DNA of 64,000 bases from Amoebophrya sp. A120 (Eukaryota; Protista; Dinoflagellata). The stretch spans positions 3,635,341-3,699,340 of the forward strand of contig CAJINV010000009.1 of the NCBI GenBank assembly GCA_905178155.1, read 5' to 3'. Made by a program: the position numbers and the translations under genes. Of the stretch, positions 24,940 through 37,786 are shown in pieces. Every line of letters starts with the position of its first letter. Within the stretch, counting starts at the first letter, position 1. The notes beneath the pieces were generated by a model. It was not told where the DNA came from, did not search any database, and saw only the letters and a list, made by a program, of their open reading frames with translations.

Positions 24940-26714
24940 CTAATCATGCCTAAAAGGGAAATATTTGCCGGTATTTGCCTTTTCAATTGATCTTGATGAA
25001 TCGAAAATGACGGCTACTAGTAAGACGCGAAGTGTGTGGGGCATCCTTTTTGGAGTGGGATTATTTAGGTTCAAACTGGTCCCTGCTCCATCTTCGGATA
25101 ATTTATTTCTATAAGTTCGAAACAACTGTAGCATCGTCGCGAGGAGAAGGGACGAGCAGTCTGGAGCCGCAAGGCGAAGGGGTCAGATGGCATTTACGAA
25201 CCACGAATAGAGAACCGCGAAGGAACAAGGACGACGAGCCAAGATCACTCCACTCTCCGATCTCGGGTTGTCTATGTGCTATCTCGCTGCTTTTAGTTTG
25301 TGATTTGTAATATTAAAAAAAAAAAATGTTCAAATAAAAACTTCAGGAGTTTTATCAAATGTGGTCGGCGCAGCACCGACCCCGGTAGAGTTTAGAGGGT
25401 TTTAGGGTCCTGTCAAACTTCGACGAGAAGTTACTTGTACAGACTTTTAGCACTATTTTCTTTTTGATTTTACATTATACAAACTTTTAGCACTTTTTTG
25501 CACGATGTACACTAGACGTTTTAGTTTCACGAAAGAAGCATTTACTTTTTTTTGACACCAGAAAACAAAGAGATTTTCAAATATTTCATTCCCTTTTTTC
25601 TTTTTCTCCTTCTTTTCAAATGAGTAACATCACCATCACCATCATCATCATTCAGTGGCATGACCTTCCCGCAGTTCGGTACAAAATCAAAAACAAAATC
25701 TGTTTGTTATATATAAATATCATTTATCCCGAGTTTTTTTTGGTCTTTACGCGTCCCCTCGCACAATAAGTTTACTGTTTCACCCAGCAAGGACAGCATC
25801 ACTTAGGCCCGCAGAGCATGCTCTTGTTCATCAAGTACGATGATACTCGACTATTCAGTTGTTGTGGTGTTCTACAAGCACGACCGTGGCCGCAGTGCAT
25901 GACAAATTCGATTGCAGTCAAGACGAGGTGGTCAGCAACTCATTCGGTTGACAAACATTCTGTCGGTCTGAAAAAAGATGAGAACTACTACATTGGGCGA
26001 GTCGGTATCGACGGCGATGTCTGATCATGCCACAGCATCCGCCGAAAGATGAGTAGGAATTCTTGTTGTCTCCGACAAATCATTTTAAGTTCGACTAGAC
26101 CGGAACTTGTGCAACATGTGCGGCTCCGTGTAATTCTAGTTGCACATCATACAACTCAACACGTAAAAGAAAAGGCTCTTCTTGCCATGTCAGTGGAGGA
26201 CGAGAAGAGCAAGATCGCTCACCCGTGGCGTGTCATGGTCGACTGCGTCACAAAGTAATGACAGCACGCAAAAAAAATAAAAAAACAGGAGAAAAGAAGT
26301 TAAAAGCTACGCAATCACGACATATTTTGTTGTGACATACGAGGCGATAATATAATTTTCCCCACACGACCCTAATATTCCAACATCAAACATACCTTTT
26401 GGCTCTCAACAAAGTATTCAAAAAGAAAAGCCACATCGTGGTAAACAATAAAAAAAACAAATATATTTTTCGAAAGCAGAGCGTAGCTACTGCTCTTCCA
26501 CTCGAAAAACCTGTTGTAGTTTTCTGTCATTGCGTCTTGTAGTTTGAGTTACGTCAGTTGGAGCATTTTATCGAAAAAACCCTGGTACCGGCTCATCCTC
26601 ATAATTTTAGTACGCTCTGAATACGGCTTGCGACGACGACTTCCAAATCTCTTATTGCCGGTTTATTGTCAACATCAACAATCAACATCAGCCAGCACTG
26701 TCATATCAATTGCC

Positions 26715-29700
26715 ATGGCAATCAAGAAAGGCACTGCAGGCGGAGCGAAGGCTCCGACCTCCGGCCCCACGGCCGCTAGGGCCAAGTCCCCTCCCAAAGT
26801 GCAGACGGACGTGAGCAGCATGTCTGCCACACGCGTCATGTGGTCTGTTGCGACCCCGATTGCGGGCGCGGGGCCCATATGGATTGCAAAAGTGTCGTAC
26901 TCGTAGTATTGCAATACAAAATAGCTCAGCATGACAGATGGAATTTCTCATGCTGATTTAGCTGGGAAAAGAAATTTGTCTTGCATGACTGCGTTTTTGA
27001 GTACGAGTGCGACATTTTTGCACAGGATAGCCCACGGGCATGAAGAAGAATTTCCAACCGGCACCCCGGTCCAGCGCCGCGGAGATATCCGCAGTAAAAA
27101 ATTTCCCGTACACGTAGACGTACAAATGCATTTTCTGCATGACAAAACTTGCCTTCAATCCTAGTCTAGCATGACAAGTTGGACACTGCAAGCTAGCGAA
27201 ATTTGTCATGCATTTTGTACATGTACTGGAAATTTACATTGCATACGAGACTGCGAAGCCGAACGCGCAACAGGAAAAAGCGGCCTTGCACGAGCAGCGG
27301 GTCAAGGATTTGCAGCTGGTGCAGCAGATGGCGCAAAAGAACCAGATTTTGTTGCCGCAGCTGTTGTGGTCGAACGACACCAAGATTCAGTCCCTGTTCG
27401 AGCTCGTCGTGGAGAAGAATAAGGAGGAGGCAGCTGCTGCGGAGGGTATGATTCTGAAAATCAACGAGACGATCACGAAGCAAAACCCCTGGGCCATGCG
27501 CCAGTTCCTCAAGAACAAACTCAGTATCTACTTCGACCCCGTGCTCGCGAAACCCCAACAGAAACAGCTGGCGTTGCTATGAACTACAAAAGCATCGTAC
27601 TAGTAGGAAAAGGAATTGCATTACAAATTTCCTCAGCATGACAAATGCAATTTGTCATGCAGATTTGCCTTGGGAACGAGATTTGTAATGCATACATGCA
27701 GTACAACGATACTTTTGCACAGGATAGTTGCAATGTCTCGACAACATGCTCACCACCGGGGGTATCAGAAGAGAGAAAAGCGAGGATGAACAACTCTGTC
27801 AAGTTGTAGAACATCATTGATGTTCTACATGATGGTCGTGTGAAAATGTTGCAGTTGCTTCAACAACAGTTGGCTTCAAGCTTGTCATGCTAGAAACAAA
27901 CCCACAGCCAGGTCCGTGATAGGTAGATGTACTAAAATTAAAATGGACTACTTCTCTCGTCCGCGTGTTCCACGACGCGAGGTGCACTGCTCGTGGAATT
28001 AGTGCACATTGCGGAAAGTGCGAGTTGCTGCACCATCCAACACGATCATGAAATCATGCGATGCAGCCGGAGGAGGTGCAACTGCAAATTAACGAAAAAC
28101 GAAGTTTTACAAATTTGACACAGAGGTTGAGCTTCACAGGGCTTTTCTCTCCTTCCATATCCCGCGTCACCGCCTCGGAAGTTCTTGGGTCGGAGCTGTG
28201 CAATATCAAACAAGAAAGTGTTAACGTTAACGGTTTCCACCGCAGATGGCAGTCATGCATTACAAATTTTGCCTTCGATGCATGCTACGCAGTACAAATT
28301 TGGGCGCCTTTTCTGATGCATTACTGCATCACAAATTCCCTTACGTTAACACTTTTCCTTGTGATATGCAATTTAATCCCCATTCTCACCCCTGGTTTGA
28401 CGCAGGACCTGAAGGTGGGAAAATTTGCCGCGAAAGTCCTGCAAGCGTTGCTGAAGTGCTGCAACAACACGGACCTCATCAACGGTACCTGCGTGCAGCC
28501 CGGGGAATCGAACGTTCTGGAGCAAAACAAAACGTTTCTCGTACCAAATGTAAAAATGTCTGGGTCTGGAAGACTCATGCTGTTTTTGCATGACACAGAA
28601 GGTCTGGCATGGAAGCTCTAGCGTCACAGGTTTACTCGAGAAGCTTCCGCAATGCCGAACCCGCATGAGAAGTCCCCCACTTTAGTGACAGAAAGTGGGC
28701 AGCACTTATTGCTACCTGTGCATGAGAGATTTTTCTGTGTTCTAAAATGCGCATCACAAGTTTGTACTTATTCTTCCAGACCCAGACATATTTGCAATCC
28801 ATATCTCGACTACGCCTACGATTGTGCGGTGTCGAACAACATGAAAAAAGACCTGCCGGTGATCATCGAAGCCTTGGTATCAAAAGGAAAAAACCCGCCT
28901 CCCCACATTGAAAGCGCATCCGTCTGAAAATTTGTGATGCAGATTTGTGACCACGAATCCAATCCTGTCTGTCTTGCAAGAGGGCAGGCCCAGAGAGTCC
29001 GCCACATGTAGGCGGTTTGTGATACAACTGCTCAGCTTACAGCATAGACATTTGACATGCTAGGCCCCGAAATCAAAACCGCTCCGCTCAGGCTTGCCAT
29101 ATGCCTGCAGTCCTCTACTGCAAGACAGACCCGATCTGTGTACGAAAATCCAGCATCAGAAAAATCGTTTCGATATGGGGAGGGGGGATTTTTCCTTTTG
29201 ATACGTGGCCGGCTGTTTATTTGTGCAGAAAGTGGAACCGCCCGCACTGTCCGTGATGATCCCCGTTTTCAAAGCGGGGCTAAACGCGAAAGACGAGAAG
29301 GTTGTCCGCCGCACCACGAAAATCCTGGAAAACATGGCCAAACTCGTGGACATATCCTGTGCAAAAGTATCGTACTCGTATTGCAGTCGTGCATTACAAA
29401 TCTTTCTCTTAAGGCAAATCAGCATTACAAATTTTATCTCTCACGCTGAGGAAATTTGTAATGCATTTATACGAGTGCGATACTTTTGCAATTCATAGGA
29501 CAGCGAGAAGGAAGACGCCTACCCCTTGATCACGCACGTGCTGCCCCTGCTAGAGCAGAAGTTGGATACGGTTTCCGATCCGGAAGTCCGGACCCAACTG
29601 CTACACGCCGACATGGTATTCCGGAGTTTGACCAAGGGCCAGCGGATCGCCGCGGACGTCCGCGGAGAGTTTGTCTATCTCGGCCCGGTTGTGAACATCA

Positions 29701-32700
29701 TGAAGGTGCTGACCAATTCCGCGCCGCAAGCGGTGCAGCAGATTGCCACCGACAAGGCGAAGCTGGAGCACCTCCAGGAGGCCATTGCGAGTCTGATGGC
29801 AGCAAAGAACCAGTCGCAAAACGACTGGGAGAAGGTGATATCAAATGCAAAAATGTCTGCATCTGGAAGAATACAAGTTTGTCATGCTTGGCCGGTAATA
29901 CAAAAAAGTATGTGATGCTTGTTGCGCAAAAACGCCACTTGTTTGTCATGCAAAGAGGCCATTTGTCATGCGCTTTGCGCTGGGCATAGCCGCTCAGAAA
30001 CTTGTCATGCGCAGCTCCGCAACACAGTTTGCGTATCATTCGGACATTAGCATGACAACTTTCCAGATCCAGACATATTTGCAATGCATAGGTGACCAGT
30101 GTGTGCAACATTTCGAAGACGGAAACCCGTATCTTGATGTCTTCGCTGCGGAATTTATCAAAGGAGAAAACGCCCCTACTGGATCATAACGAGTTTTATT
30201 TCTACGATTTGCATGTTGTTGTTGTGTCTGGTGTTTCCCGGCGGCCATTCATTTGCAACAGGTGTTGCAGACTGACACAAGAAATCCACAGGCAGTTCTC
30301 TACTTTCCATGCCGCGAGGCATTTGTGCAATAGCGAATACAAATGCCATGCATAATTCCTGATTGATGTGGATCTCAAAAATCTATTCGTGATCGTGAGC
30401 TCGTTGTGCCTCATCCTTTTTCCAAGCATAACCCTTCAAGAACATGTTCGACGACATCGAAGACGAGTACACCATTGTCGATGATGATCCGAAGCAGCCC
30501 ACGCTGTACCAAGGCAACTTCACCCTCGCGTTCGGAACTTCGATCCTGCTGAATATGGAGGGAAAAAAGTAAATATATTGCTTCGCTCCTGTATTGGGCG
30601 CCGACGTGTGTTAGATAGCCCAGCATTAGCTTCTACTCTTCTGGAAAAGTTCGCACGTGTGCAGATTTTTTCATCTTTCATGCGATGTTGAGGGTAACTC
30701 GTCATGCGAGTCTTCATTGTGCAATCGCCGTTAAACAACACCGCGACAAAAGTAAGTTGTGAAGCATTTCCTGTTTTTTCCTCACCATACCCAAGGACGC
30801 GAACCTATTGCTGAAACAGTCCCGGTTCTATGGCCTGGTGGGTCCTAACGGGTGCGGAAAGACCGCCTTTCTACGGGCCGTGGCCAACGATAAATTGCTT
30901 GCCGCGACCGACGGCGGCCAAGCTACGGGCGCGAACAAGAACATGAAAATTGTTTTGGTCGAGCACGATATCGACGAGGAAGAAAAAATCCAGCCGGGGC
31001 AGACGGATCAAGTGTACGCGCAGAGCGTGAAAACGGTGGGCGACCTCACTGGTGTGCAATACGTGCACTGGGTCGTGAACTACAAATACCACACGAAGGT
31101 ATCCGTCGCGGAATGCGAAAAGCTCCTGGTCGGGGTGGGCAGGTACTTATTCGTTCTTGTGGCAGGAGCATGATGTCCATGACCTATGACTTTGAATTCA
31201 TGAATTTCGTATTTATACGTTAGTAAAGAAATTTTAATGAGAAGTCGAACGTCGAAACGTTAACGTAGGACTGCAAGAACTCGGCAAGAACTCGTGATGG
31301 TGTAAATATCAAAGGCTCATCAAAAAAATCTTCAAATGAATACACCTCCTAACTACAGTTTCGGCCCCTCCAACTCCACCCCCACGGACAAGACGAAAGC
31401 CACGTGCGGGCAAAAGTGGCTGACCTATTCCGGTTATGCACTACAAAAGTATCTTCGTGCTCCTAGTATTGCAATACAAATTGACTCAGCATGACAAATG
31501 GAATTTTTCATGCTGATTTAGCTTGAAAAAGAAATTTGTAATGCATAGACAAATGCATTATATGCAATTCGTACGAGTGCGATAGTTTTGCTCAGGATAC
31601 CGGTGGTTGGCGCATGAAGATGCAGTTGTTGGCGGCCCAGATTGCGAAACCGGACCTCTTGCTACTCGACGAGCCAACGGGCCATATGGACACCAGCAAT
31701 CAGGACTGGATGCAAAAGTGGCTGAACTCCTTCGTGACCTCGGAGAAAAAGACCGTCATTTCCGCGAGCCACAACTTGAATTGGCTGGCAACCACCGTGA
31801 AAATGACCGACCTGATCTACTTCACCAACACCGCAGGCGGGGGCATGAGCCTGATGTTCAAGCTCCGGCAATTTCACGGGTCGCTGAATATCAAATGCAA
31901 AAATGTCTGGGTCTGGAAACTTGTGATGCTAAAACGTGCATGATGGAAAGGCTTCCGAATGCAGCCCAGCATGACAACTTTCCGGAGCGCTTTCTCATAA
32001 GTAGGTAGTCTGCATGAGAAACTGCGTTCTTGCACGACAAAAATGGCTGCGGCTTTTGTCGGTTATGCAATACAGATTTCCCAGGAATGTAAAGCTAGCA
32101 TTACAAGTTCCAACTTTCCAGACCCAGACATATTTGCATTTGATACTGAAGGATTTTGCGCAAAAATATCCCAAAGAATGGGAAAAAATCGTGGCGACAG
32201 CCGAGAAACAGCCGGGGGGCAGGGGTAGTATGGGCGACGTTTTAGGAGCACAGAAAGTCGGTGGTGCAGCAGCAGCAGCAGCAGACGCTGGATCTCCGCA
32301 ACAAGAACAGAATAAAATCGTTTTCCCGCAACCCGGTCCGTTGCAGGGCATCACCTCGAAGACGAAGCAGATTCTGAAAATGGACAAGGTCAGCTTCGCC
32401 TACACCGGGGACAGTGCTGCGGGTGGAAAAAACGCCAGCAAAACCAATGTCGTGAACGAAGTGTCACTGCAACTCTGTTTGAAATCCCGCGTCGCGGTGG
32501 TTGGCCCGAACGGGGCGGGGAAGACGACTCTGATGAAGCTCTTACTCGACGAACTCCAGCCGAACTCGAAAACCAACAACGCGTCCTTCCGGGCGCAAAA
32601 CAAGATTTTCCGCCACCCGGAGCTGCGGATTGCGTGCGTGGCGCAGCTATCCTGTGCAAAAGTATCGTACTCGTTGTATTCGTAATCATGCATAATTACA

Positions 32701-34533
32701 AATCCTCTCCTTAAGGTCAATCCGCATTACAAATTTTATTTCTCATGCTGAAAGCATTTTTTTATATTACGAGTGCGATACTTTTGCAGTTCATAGCAGC
32801 AGGCGCTGCACCACTTGGACCGGCATTTGGACGAAACGCCGTTTAAATACATGCAGTGGCGCTTCGAAGGCCTTAACGATCGCGAAAACGAGCTAAATCG
32901 GATCGCTGGTAGTTACACTGACTGTATTTTAGGTTTTGCTGCACCAGAAACTACTAAAACATCTGAATGTAGGGTCATGTTTTCAGTTTCCATCATTACG
33001 TTTTCATCTTAGCCACTACATCTTCTACGCACAAACAAAGCTGCGCGATCGCAAAATAAATCACCATATTCTGATCAGGTGCGATGGCAGCGCCCCCGGA
33101 ACCTTCCCCTGACGTGGTGAACATTGCTCCCTTCGGTTGGACGGTCGCGTACCAGCCCACGGCCATCGTCCGGCCGGTGAAGTTCAATCCCAAGACGAAC
33201 CAGCCGCTCGAGGTGGCGCGGAAGCTCGTCGCGATTACCGACCGCCGGAAAAACGGTGCGAACAACGGGTACGACTATCAGACGACGTGGGAGGGAAATT
33301 TCGTGCCCGTGGACACGATTACCAACGTGTGGGTCTCGCGGGAGCAGCTGGTGGAGATGGGTTTGGATATGCATTGCAAAAGTATCGTACTCGTACCAAT
33401 GCATTACAAATTTCCACCTCAGCATGAGAAATAAAATTTGTGATGCTGATTTCCCTTGAGAAAAAGTAGACTTGTAATGCATGATCGCAATACGAGTACG
33501 ATGCTTTTGCTGTGCATATTGGAAAATTTAGCGCAACGCGAGGACGAGCGCCGCGCGGCGGAAAAGGGGTTATTAAACATGGTGCTGACCCAGCAAAATG
33601 TAGAGGAGTTCTTTTTCAATTTCGGGTTGTCCAAGGAAGAGGTCTCCTTCACGCCGATTGGCAAGCTCGCCGCTGGACAGAAGGCAAAACTGGTGCTCGG
33701 GGCCTCCATGTGGCTGCACCCCCATGTGCTGGTGCTGGACGAACCGACGAACTATTTGGACGCGAAGGGGCTGGAGTCCCTCATTTCCGGGCTGGAAACG
33801 TTCGGCGGTGGCGTGTATGCATTGGAAATTTGGCTGGGTCTGGGTTTGCGTTTGTGATGCGAGGATCTTAGAAGATTTGTCTTGCATGAAGACGAGGATT
33901 GGCTACCTTTTTTGTCGTGCTGAAAAAGGGTAGTTTGTAGTGCTAATAAACGCGCTCGCAAGCGTACTCGCACTTGAGTGTAGTAGAAGCCACAGAAAAT
34001 AAACTCACCATGCTAGCGCAGCTATGTCGTGCAAGCGGCCAGCGCCCTGCAATGCCAATGCGAGTACATATCAGCAACACAAATTTATTCCCAACCCAGC
34101 AATGTTTGCAATGCATAGCGTGATCATGGTGTCGCACAACGAGCAATTTTTGCAAAAGGCCGGGTTTCTCGGTGCGACGGGAGAGTGCTGGCGCATGACC
34201 CTGGATGGCAAGCTCACTCGCGAGGGCCTGCTCGCGGAGCAGCACGAGAAGGTGCACGGCCCGCTGTCGCGCCAGGGGTCCCGGGCGAGTGACTTGTCGA
34301 GTAGATTGTCCTCCAGTATCACGGATGGGTACGGTAACACTTTGAACGTGCCTGAGCCCGGCAGCAAGGGCACCTCGAAGCTGAAGAAGGAGAAAAAGAA
34401 GCAGATTCGCGAGTTACAAGTGTCCCTGGGGGCGGACGAACTGACGGAAGCCGCGAAAATGGAAATGCAGGACCGCATGATGATTCTGAAAAAGCCCGAA
34501 CTGATGGGAACGCTGGTGCAGGTGGAGGCGTGA
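26715..34533 (+). CDS. YEF3: Eukaryotic elongation factor 3 (eEF3/New1-like ABCF ATPase): HEAT region, two ABC domains, chromodomain-like insert; 16 introner introns + 2 GT-AG introns
   Basis: FVQKVEPPALSVMIPVFKAGL...KILENMAKLVD; FTLAFGTSILL; YGLVGPNGCGKT; YSGGWRMK; LLLDEPTGHMD; RVAVVGPNGAGKTT; HHLDRHLDETPFKYMQWRF; LVLDEPTNYLD; FGGGVIMVSHN; Lys-rich C-terminus. All are eEF3 hallmarks. Confidence 0.9.
26878..27029. mobile_element. Introner, family B
   Basis: TSD GCCCA/GCCCA. Confidence 0.9.
27086..27245. mobile_element. Introner, family H
   Basis: TSD GGAGA/CGAGA. Confidence 0.85.
27578..27726. mobile_element. Introner, family B
   Basis: TSD GTTGC/GTTGC. Confidence 0.9.
27763..28159. mobile_element. 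Eroded introner
   Basis: TATCAGAAGAGAGAAAAGC...GCTTTTCTCTCCTTCCATA; TSD lost (GGGGG/TCCCG) but +5 removal in frame. Confidence 0.65.
28204..28366. mobile_element. Introner, family E
   Basis: TSD TGCAA/TGCAA. Confidence 0.9.
28542..28803. mobile_element. Introner, family A
   Basis: TSD TCTCG/TCTCG. Confidence 0.9.
28878..29203. mobile_element. Introner, family D
   Basis: TSD CTTGG/CGTGG. Confidence 0.9.
29353..29497. mobile_element. Introner, family B
   Basis: TSD GGACA/GGACA. Confidence 0.9.
29839..30090. mobile_element. Introner, family A
   Basis: TSD GGTGA/GGTGA. Confidence 0.9.
30156..30430. mobile_element. Eroded introner
   Basis: TATC...CATA; +5 removal gives LRNFKNMFDDIEDE. Confidence 0.55.
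30554..30789. mobile_element. Eroded introner
   Basis: TATGGAGGGAAAAAA...TTTTTTCCTCACCATA; TSD CTGAA/CCCAA. Confidence 0.7.
31143..31358 (+). other. Canonical GT-AG intron in eEF3 gene
   Basis: AG|GTACTT...CTACAG|TTTC; removal keeps the frame. Confidence 0.65.
31435..31599. mobile_element. Introner, family B
   Basis: TSD CCGGT/CCGGT; splits the ABC signature YSG|GWRMK. Confidence 0.92.
31889..32145. mobile_element. Introner, family A
   Basis: TSD CTGAA/CTGAA. Confidence 0.9.
32648..32795. mobile_element. Introner, family B
   Basis: TSD GCAGC/GCAGC. Confidence 0.9.
32909..33078 (+). other. Canonical GT-AG intron in eEF3 gene
   Basis: G|GTAGTT...GATCAG|GT; removal keeps the frame. Confidence 0.65.
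33368..33518. mobile_element. Introner, family B
   Basis: TSD TTGGA/TTGGA. Confidence 0.9.
33816..34117. mobile_element. Introner, family A-like (diverged)
   Basis: TSD GCGTG/GCGTG; splits GGGV|IMVSH. Confidence 0.85.
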
Positions 34534-36103
34534 AGATTAATTACGGTTTTTGATATCGACGCCGCTTTATTTTCGTTTTTTAAATTACCTCTTCCCAATG
34601 AATCAGTGTAGGTCCTCTGACCGCCACGCTCGCAGCTGAACACCTACAACGAAGCTGGTTCGTGAAGTTTTATGTGTAAGAAAATCTACTACTAGAAGAT
34701 CATGATCTACGTCTGCCTCTGCCTCGACAAGACCGTAGCTGGTCAAAATGCAATCGTGGAAGTCACTGCCGCTCCATTGCGGCTTGATGACACCCGCGAC
34801 CTCGAGTCCTCTACGCACAGTCACTCAGAGGTCTGTCTTCTGAAGAAATAAACATGCAGCAATAGCTTTTCAAATCGCTGTTGTTGCCCCTCGGTAGTTG
34901 CCGTGGTGTTTTTTCTTTGGAAAGAGAAGTTAGGTGAGGCGAAGAAGCAGGCAGTATTTTTCTGTTTTGATTATAGAAGTTGTCCAAATTGTGGTATGAT
35001 CACTTTTTGTTTTTACGTAGTTCTATTGCATGATTATAAATTGCCTACAGGTTGACATAGTCAGCAATTAGCATTTCATATTTCATCACCTGTATACAGG
35101 AATTTTCTTCCACCTTTCTACGAAGAGTTTTGGCACAGTACGACTCGCGCGTTTTCGTGTCCCACCATTTTGGCGCGACAAGAGAACCCTCACGGGAAAA
35201 AACTACCTTTTACCTCCAAAATCACAAAACCAAGATAGTCATATTAAGTACTTACATAGATACACGTCTGCAACATTTTGAATGCTCGCGCAACTGTGAG
35301 TTTGTGTTTGACATATGAAGTTTTGTCTAGTTTTTCTTTTTTCAGAAGAATGGCACGACGTAAAAACTTAAACTTTTGAGACCGATGAACTTTAGTGAAA
35401 AGCGAAAGCTGCAGCACGAAGATGACAGCTGGGCACGTGGACCTCAGCACAAAGGGGTAGGTACTTAGAGCACTTGCTTGCTTTATGTTCACCGAGCGGC
35501 CATGTACATCTACATTTTGAAGTTGATGCTTCATCAGCTTCAGCCGTGTGCGAGAACAAGCAGGCAGGTGCTGCTCATCTAGTTCTGACTCCCGCTCTCC
35601 ACGACTGATATACAGATGATTTCTCCGAAACAATTTTGCAAGCCGACGGCTAGAAAAGTGAAAGAAGCCGTGGCTCTTTGATGAGAAAAGGCTGATGAAA
35701 AGAAACTGCGCTGAAAGTAGAGCAAGAATTCTGCTTGTTCGCGGCGTCGTGGCGTTTACCCCGGCGTCTGTAATGAAAGGTGTTCCTCTTTATTTTCGGT
35801 TGAAAAGTTCATGAGGACGATAACTTCTTCCAGATTCTTATTTACATTTCAGAGATGAACAACGCTCGCTGAAAGAAATATCTTGGAATATTTTTCTTGT
35901 TGGTATTCCTGTTGTCGTCTTGATGCCAGGCCTGTTGTCACAAGAACCCTATTGACACCTTGTATGTGTTGACGAGGAGAGCACGAGCTGCAGCTGCAAC
36001 TGTATTGTGAAGAACAGGGTCACGACGATGCGAAAGAGCAGTTAAAAGAGAACAAAACACGTGAAGAATCAATTGCTCCACCAGTGCAGAAAAAACGACA
36101 AAA

Positions 36104-36730
36104 ATGAAGTTGATGCGCGGTGCTCTCAACCGGGGGAGCACGGGGACGCCGGCGGGCGCTCAGCGAGGAGGTTTCTCTTCGCATGGAACCCCCGCGGACG
36201 ATGATCCGCCAGCCGCGAATTCCTACTATAAACACGACGACCAAGACCACATGTTCGGCGACAGAACTTCGTCCTCGCAGCCGAAACCGCACAAGCCGCG
36301 GCGGTCTGCGAAGAAATTTTTTTCCAAATTTTTTCAGTTTGACTCCTGGTTTTCCGCCAGCGCCTTCGGGGGCCGGAAGAGGGGAAAAACATCGAAAACC
36401 AGGGCTGATAGTCACTCCGGACGAACGGGGCCCCTTTCGGGCACTAGCGACAGAAACGAGAGTGGAAATCACGGTGATTTATTTTATCGGGCTGCAGAAG
36501 AAAATCAAAATACCAGAGAAGATGAAGATTATCACTTCGACCTGTTTGATGGGAGACTGCCGGTCGACGCGGTGGTGCAGATCGATAATCCAGTTTTGCG
36601 GGAGCAGATGGAAGATCTGTTGCGACGGATGGAATGGGAAAGGCAGCGGGAGTTGGAAGAAGAGGTCATGCTGTCTTCCTCTGACAGTGAAGAAGATAGT
36701 GAAGATGGTACCGGATCCAGAGAAGATTAG
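36104..36730 (+). CDS. Hypothetical protein
   Basis: 208-aa ATG-initiated ORF with acidic C-terminus; no homology recognised. Confidence 0.4.
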   Translation: MKLMRGALNRGSTGTPAGAQRGGFSSHGTPADDDPPAANSYYKHDDQDHMFGDRTSSSQPKPHKPRRSAKKFFSKFFQFDSWFSASAFGGRKRGKTSKTRADSHSGRTGPLSGTSDRNESGNHGDLFYRAAEENQNTREDEDYHFDLFDGRLPVDAVVQIDNPVLREQMEDLLRRMEWERQRELEEEVMLSSSDSEEDSEDGTGSRED

Positions 36731-37786
36731 GATAGCACTTCGTATACTGCTGGGCACGACAAAAGCAGCCAGAATTTTTGATCTCCCTTTTCTTGAGTAG
36801 AGCCATTCACGATATTAGAGGACCTTGATGCGCCACCAGCACGGTTGCTCTCACGTCCATGACGCAAAAAGAAAAGAAGTAACAAACAAACAACCCTGCG
36901 TAGAGGTGGAAGTACATCAAAATGAGGTTAGAGGTACCCGTGGTGTCGTGGTGCCTCACGGGGAGCTTCTTTTTCCCTGCTCGGCGGCGGAGATATTAGA
37001 GCGACTCACTTCAGCAAGGTGTGCTGCGAGGCATAACACGTTCTCACTTTAAAGTAGACCATCGTCTTGCTTGATTCTCAGGTTGCTTCAGAAGCGACAG
37101 AACCAAAAAAACTGCTGCAAGAGTGCAAGAGGAAGAGCGAGGATGATTAACAGATTGATGTCGAGTGTTGACTATGCGTGATTATTATCCTGAGTGCCGC
37201 AAAATTTTTAGTGAAAGTGAAACAAACCATCTCGCTGGTATCAAAGTGCGTCGAGGATATCACAGAGAGAGTGAGAGTGATTTGCTTTTCCATCGGAACA
37301 AAAATCCGCAGTGAGTTTCAGCTTGCAGCTCCTATGTGGCGCTCCCTGTCCCTTTCATCTCCCATCTATTTTTGTGATTGCGCGTAAGTAGTTTCGTACG
37401 CGACAAAAAACGCGCATCCAGCTTCTAGTACTAGATGCTTTATTCTTTGTTGAATTTATTGCACGCAGACGGGCGTAGTTCGTAAATTTGAATTTCTACA
37501 CGTCGACTTCGAGAACTTTCATTCGATCTTGTCCTTTCATTGATTTTGCCAATACAATTTTTGAGTACAACCCGTAAACAAAGTCAAAGATGGCAGACCA
37601 CGAGGACAGCAGTGAAAATCAGATGGTCATCCCGAAGCGTGTCGGAATCGAAGGCATGGGTAGTTAAGGGCGAGGTTCTCCTCCTTGTTGCTGAAAACCA
37701 CTCACCGTCTTCTGTAGACATTGCAGCAACTGACGCTGTGAAACAAATCAAAGAAGAAACCAGACGAGGACGTCTGTGCATCGAAG

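Noticed and set aside
25621-26258. Possible small spliced gene ending ...KIAHPWRVMVDCVTK*
   Set aside because: No consistent exon chain or recognisable homology could be established.
26715-34533. Interpreting the interrupted genes as transposon-killed pseudogenes
   Set aside because: The exons I translated show no stops or frameshifts and keep catalytic motifs across 16-22 insertions per gene, which is unlikely without precise removal.
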